From an uncultured Methylomirabilota bacterium (GTDB lineage: Bacteria > Methylomirabilota > Methylomirabilia > Methylomirabilales > 2-02-FULL-66-22): a DNA stretch of 64,000 nt. The position numbers and the translations under genes are program-made. The notes beneath the pieces were generated by a model. The model saw nothing but the letters and a program-made list of their open reading frames with translations. It did not search any database and had not been told where the DNA came from. The first letter of the stretch is position 1, and every line of letters starts with the position of its first letter. The stretch spans positions 704,001 to 768,000 of the forward strand of contig CAWJSJ010000002.1 in the NCBI GenBank assembly GCA_963845565.1, given 5' to 3'. Of this stretch, positions 61,250-64,000 are shown in pieces.

Positions 61250-62635
61250 GTGATCGTGACGGAAATCGACGTGGCACTCTCCCGTCTGTTCGAGGTGTTC
61301 GTCGGCGCAGGGCACGAACTGTATCTCGTGGGCGGCGCGGTGCGGGATCACCTGCTCGGAGCCCCGCTCGAGAGCCTCGGCGATCTGGATTTCGCCACCA
61401 GCGCCATGCCTGCCGACAGCGCGCGTATCCTGCGCGCTGCCAAGTTGCCGGTCTTCACCGTGGGGAGCCGGTTCGGCACGGTGGGCACCATCAGCGACGC
61501 TGGGGGCCTTCGCCGCGAGATCCAGATCACCACCTATCGGGGGGAGGCATATTCTAACGGAAGCCGGAAGCCTCGAGTCACCTTTGGCCAAGATCTGGAG
61601 TCGGATCTGGCGCGGCGGGACTTTTCGATCAATGCCATGGCGATGACGGCCGATCGCCACCTGATCGACCCCTTCGGCGGCGAGAAGGACCTCCGGCAGC
61701 GTACCCTGCGTACCGTGGGCGATCCGCGCGTCATCTTCCGGGAGGATCCGCTACGGACGCTTCGCGCCGCGCGCTTCATTGCCACGCTGGGCATGCGGCC
61801 GGAGGCGGGACTCCCCGAGGTGGTCCGAGAGGTGGCCGGAGAGATCTTGACGGTCAGCCGCGAGCGATGGTTGCTCGAGATGAACAAGATCCTGGTGGGC
61901 AGCGCCGCTGCGGAGGGCCTGTCGTTCCTTGAGAGTACGGGGGTCCTGGCCCACCTCTGGCCGGCAGGGCAGGCCATGGTCGAGTTCCGGGCGGATCAGG
62001 GGCGGTACCACCACAAGGCACTATGGCCGCACACCCTGGGGGTGGTGAGCCAAGCGCCCCCGCGGGTGGCCGTGCGGTGGGCGGCCCTCCTGCACGATGC
62101 CGGCAAGGTCACGACCCGCTCGGTGGACGCGGCGGGGGACGTGCACTTCTTCGGGCACGAGGCCGTGGGGGCCGCCATCGTGGACGATGCAGCCCGCCGC
62201 TTCCGGTTCGATCGCGCCTTGCACCAGCGGGTGCGGACGCTGGTGTGGCTGCACCAGCGTCCGGCGCTCTACGACGGCACCTGGACCGACGGGGCCGTCC
62301 GACGCCTCATCCGCGAAGCCGGAGACGTGCTGGACGATCTGCTGGATCTCAGTCGCGCCGACGTGACCTCGCATCGGCCCGGCGTCCGGGACGCGGTGCT
62401 GGTCCGGCTTGCGGAGTTGCAGGCTCGGGCGGCGGACCTGAAGGCGAAAGACGGCCAGGCGCCTCTGCTGCCAAAGGGGATCGGGCAGGCCATCATGGCC
62501 CATTTCGGCATCGCGGCGGGGCCGCGCGTGGGACAACTGAAAGAGCGGCTGGAGCAAGCGGTCCTGGACGGCGAGCTGTCCCGGGATGCCGCACCTGCGG
62601 CCTACCTCACCTATCTGCAAGGCGTTCTAGGTTAG
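61250..62635 (+). CDS. cca: CCA tRNA nucleotidyltransferase / poly(A) polymerase family with HD domain
   Basis: LVGGAVRD, DLDFAT, DLARRDFSINAMA, EDPLRTLRAARF, LLHDAGK. Confidence 0.88.
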   Translation: MIVTEIDVALSRLFEVFVGAGHELYLVGGAVRDHLLGAPLESLGDLDFATSAMPADSARILRAAKLPVFTVGSRFGTVGTISDAGGLRREIQITTYRGEAYSNGSRKPRVTFGQDLESDLARRDFSINAMAMTADRHLIDPFGGEKDLRQRTLRTVGDPRVIFREDPLRTLRAARFIATLGMRPEAGLPEVVREVAGEILTVSRERWLLEMNKILVGSAAAEGLSFLESTGVLAHLWPAGQAMVEFRADQGRYHHKALWPHTLGVVSQAPPRVAVRWAALLHDAGKVTTRSVDAAGDVHFFGHEAVGAAIVDDAARRFRFDRALHQRVRTLVWLHQRPALYDGTWTDGAVRRLIREAGDVLDDLLDLSRADVTSHRPGVRDAVLVRLAELQARAADLKAKDGQAPLLPKGIGQAIMAHFGIAAGPRVGQLKERLEQAVLDGELSRDAAPAAYLTYLQGVLG

Positions 62636-62735
62636 GAGCCGTTACGAAATAACCTATACATCTCTTCCTATTTCGTTACGGCTCCTTATGCCGTTTCGGA
62701 ATGTCTCCGCTCAACTAATTCTTTGACAACGGCTT
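62632..62735 (-). mobile_element. MITE-like repeat, family A, copy 4 (inverted)
   Basis: Reverse complement nearly identical to 3231-3334; overlaps the cca TAG stop. Confidence 0.85.
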
Positions 62736-62753
62736 AGTGCTTCTGCCCGCAAT

Positions 62754-62963
62754 TACGGTGACGTATCGCCGGTCCCCCGGACCGACCCTCGGACGCCTGG
62801 CGCCTCGTCGATGCCGGCTCGCCCTTACCCCGGGTCGGTCCGCTCAGACGCGGCCCTCCGTACCGGGGACGGCTCGCCGGGTACCCATGCGGAGCATGGG
62901 TGTGGCGCGGCGTCTCGGGTCGGCCCGGGGGGACCTGGACTTATGCGGCCACCGTATACGTCA
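62754..62963. repeat. Large imperfect palindrome between convergent cca and aroG
   Basis: GGTCCCCCGGACCGACCC (62771) pairs with GGGTCGGCCCGGGGGGACC (62917); contains a GGGTACCCAT..ATGGGTG unit. Confidence 0.55.
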
Positions 62964-62985
62964 TCGAATTTATGTCCGCGTGTAC

Positions 62986-64000
62986 TTAGGCGGCAGGCTG
63001 CGCGGACACTCGCTGCGGGAGGATGTCGCGCAGGTTCTCCCGCGCCTTGCGGATCATGGTCTCGGTGGTGGGCCAATCCACGCACGGGTCGGTCACAGAA
63101 CAGCCGTACGTCAGCTTGGTCAGGTCGTCCGGGATCGGCTGACTCCCCCCCTCCAGGTTGCTCTCGATCATCAAGCCGACGATGGAACGGTTCCCTTCGC
63201 GGACCTGGTGGACGCAGTCCGACATCACGAGGGGCTGCAGCTCCACGTCCTTGTACGAGTTGGCATGGGAGCAGTCCACGACGATGTTGTGCGGCAGTCC
63301 TGCCTTGGCGAGGGCCCTCTCCGTGATGGAAATACTCACCGTATCGTAATTCGGCCGCCCGGCGCCGCCCCGGAGGACGATATGGCTGTACATGTTCCCC
63401 TGGGTCCGCACGATGGCCGAGCGTCCCTGAAAGCTGAGTCCGAGGAAGCTGTGGGGTCTGGCGGCGGACTGGATGGCATTGATGGCCACCTGGATGTCGC
63501 CGTCGGTGCCGTTCTTGAATCCGACGGGCGTCGATAAACCGCTCGCCATCTCCCGATGGGTCTGGGACTCGGACGTGCGGGCGCCGATGGCTGTCCAGGC
63601 CACAAGATCGCCCAGGTACTGCGGTGTGATGGGGTCCAGGGCCTCGGTAGCCGTGGGCAGTCCCAGCTCCGCCACCTTGAGGAGAAAGGCGCGGGCCTTT
63701 TCTATTCCCTCCTCGATGCGAAAGGAGTCGTCCATGTACGGATCGTTGATGAACCCTTTCCATCCCGTCGAGGTGCGCGGCTTCTCGAAGTAGACCCGCA
63801 TCACCAGGCACAAGGTGTCTCGGACGCTCTCCGCGAGGGCGCTCAGGCGCTCGGCGTAGTCGTACCCGGCGACCGGGTCGTGGATGGAGCAGGGGCCGAC
63901 GATGATGAAGATGCGCGGATCCGAACGATCGAGGATGCGTTTGAGCGCCTCCCGCCCCCCGTAGACCGCGTCCGAGGCTCGCTCCGAGATCGGCAGCCGC
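62986..64000 (-). CDS. aroG: Class I DAHP synthase (5' end outside the window)
   Basis: VGPCSIHD, RVYFEKPRT, GWKG, IGARTSESQTHR, VDCSHANS, YGCSVTDPC. Confidence 0.95.
   Translation of the reverse strand, partial: RLPISERASDAVYGGREALKRILDRSDPRIFIIVGPCSIHDPVAGYDYAERLSALAESVRDTLCLVMRVYFEKPRTSTGWKGFINDPYMDDSFRIEEGIEKARAFLLKVAELGLPTATEALDPITPQYLGDLVAWTAIGARTSESQTHREMASGLSTPVGFKNGTDGDIQVAINAIQSAARPHSFLGLSFQGRSAIVRTQGNMYSHIVLRGGAGRPNYDTVSISITERALAKAGLPHNIVVDCSHANSYKDVELQPLVMSDCVHQVREGNRSIVGLMIESNLEGGSQPIPDDLTKLTYGCSVTDPCVDWPTTETMIRKARENLRDILPQRVSAQPAA

Overview
High-GC diderm bacterial window (an lptD fragment is present), almost all + strand and dominated by anaerobic redox metabolism. In order: the 3' end of lptD; heme genes (ahbD-like radical SAM, hemB, hemL) and a triheme c7 cytochrome; a NuoE/NuoF/NuoG-GltD trio resembling the Stn/NfnABC electron-bifurcating transhydrogenase; a 13-heme CbcL-like cytochrome c/b protein, a heme-c sensor kinase, a sigma-54 activator and a sigma-54-driven MtrA/MtrB-type porin-cytochrome pair; tdh, HesB-like and SDR genes; a FadR + Cdc48 + four-subunit oxalate-oxidoreductase-like operon followed by a TTT transporter; TerC, an epimerase and an octaheme HAO-like cytochrome; a probable selenoprotein disulfide oxidoreductase (UPHC plus SECIS-like hairpin), PFOR, a DHOD-like flavoprotein, a peroxiredoxin and a cytochrome bd-like/cytochrome c pair; a MacAB-type ABC exporter; an Fe-S D-lactate dehydrogenase; a second TTT with three tandem TctC paralogs; a 2-hydroxyacid dehydrogenase, cca and a partial DAHP synthase (- strand). 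Several dispersed MITE/REP-like palindromic repeat families occur, one of which supplies a gene's C-terminus. Many single-base frameshifts, mostly at 28.8-34.5 kb, look like sequencing indels. I recognised no rRNA, tRNA, CRISPR array or transposase. All family calls come from motif recognition; no searches were run.
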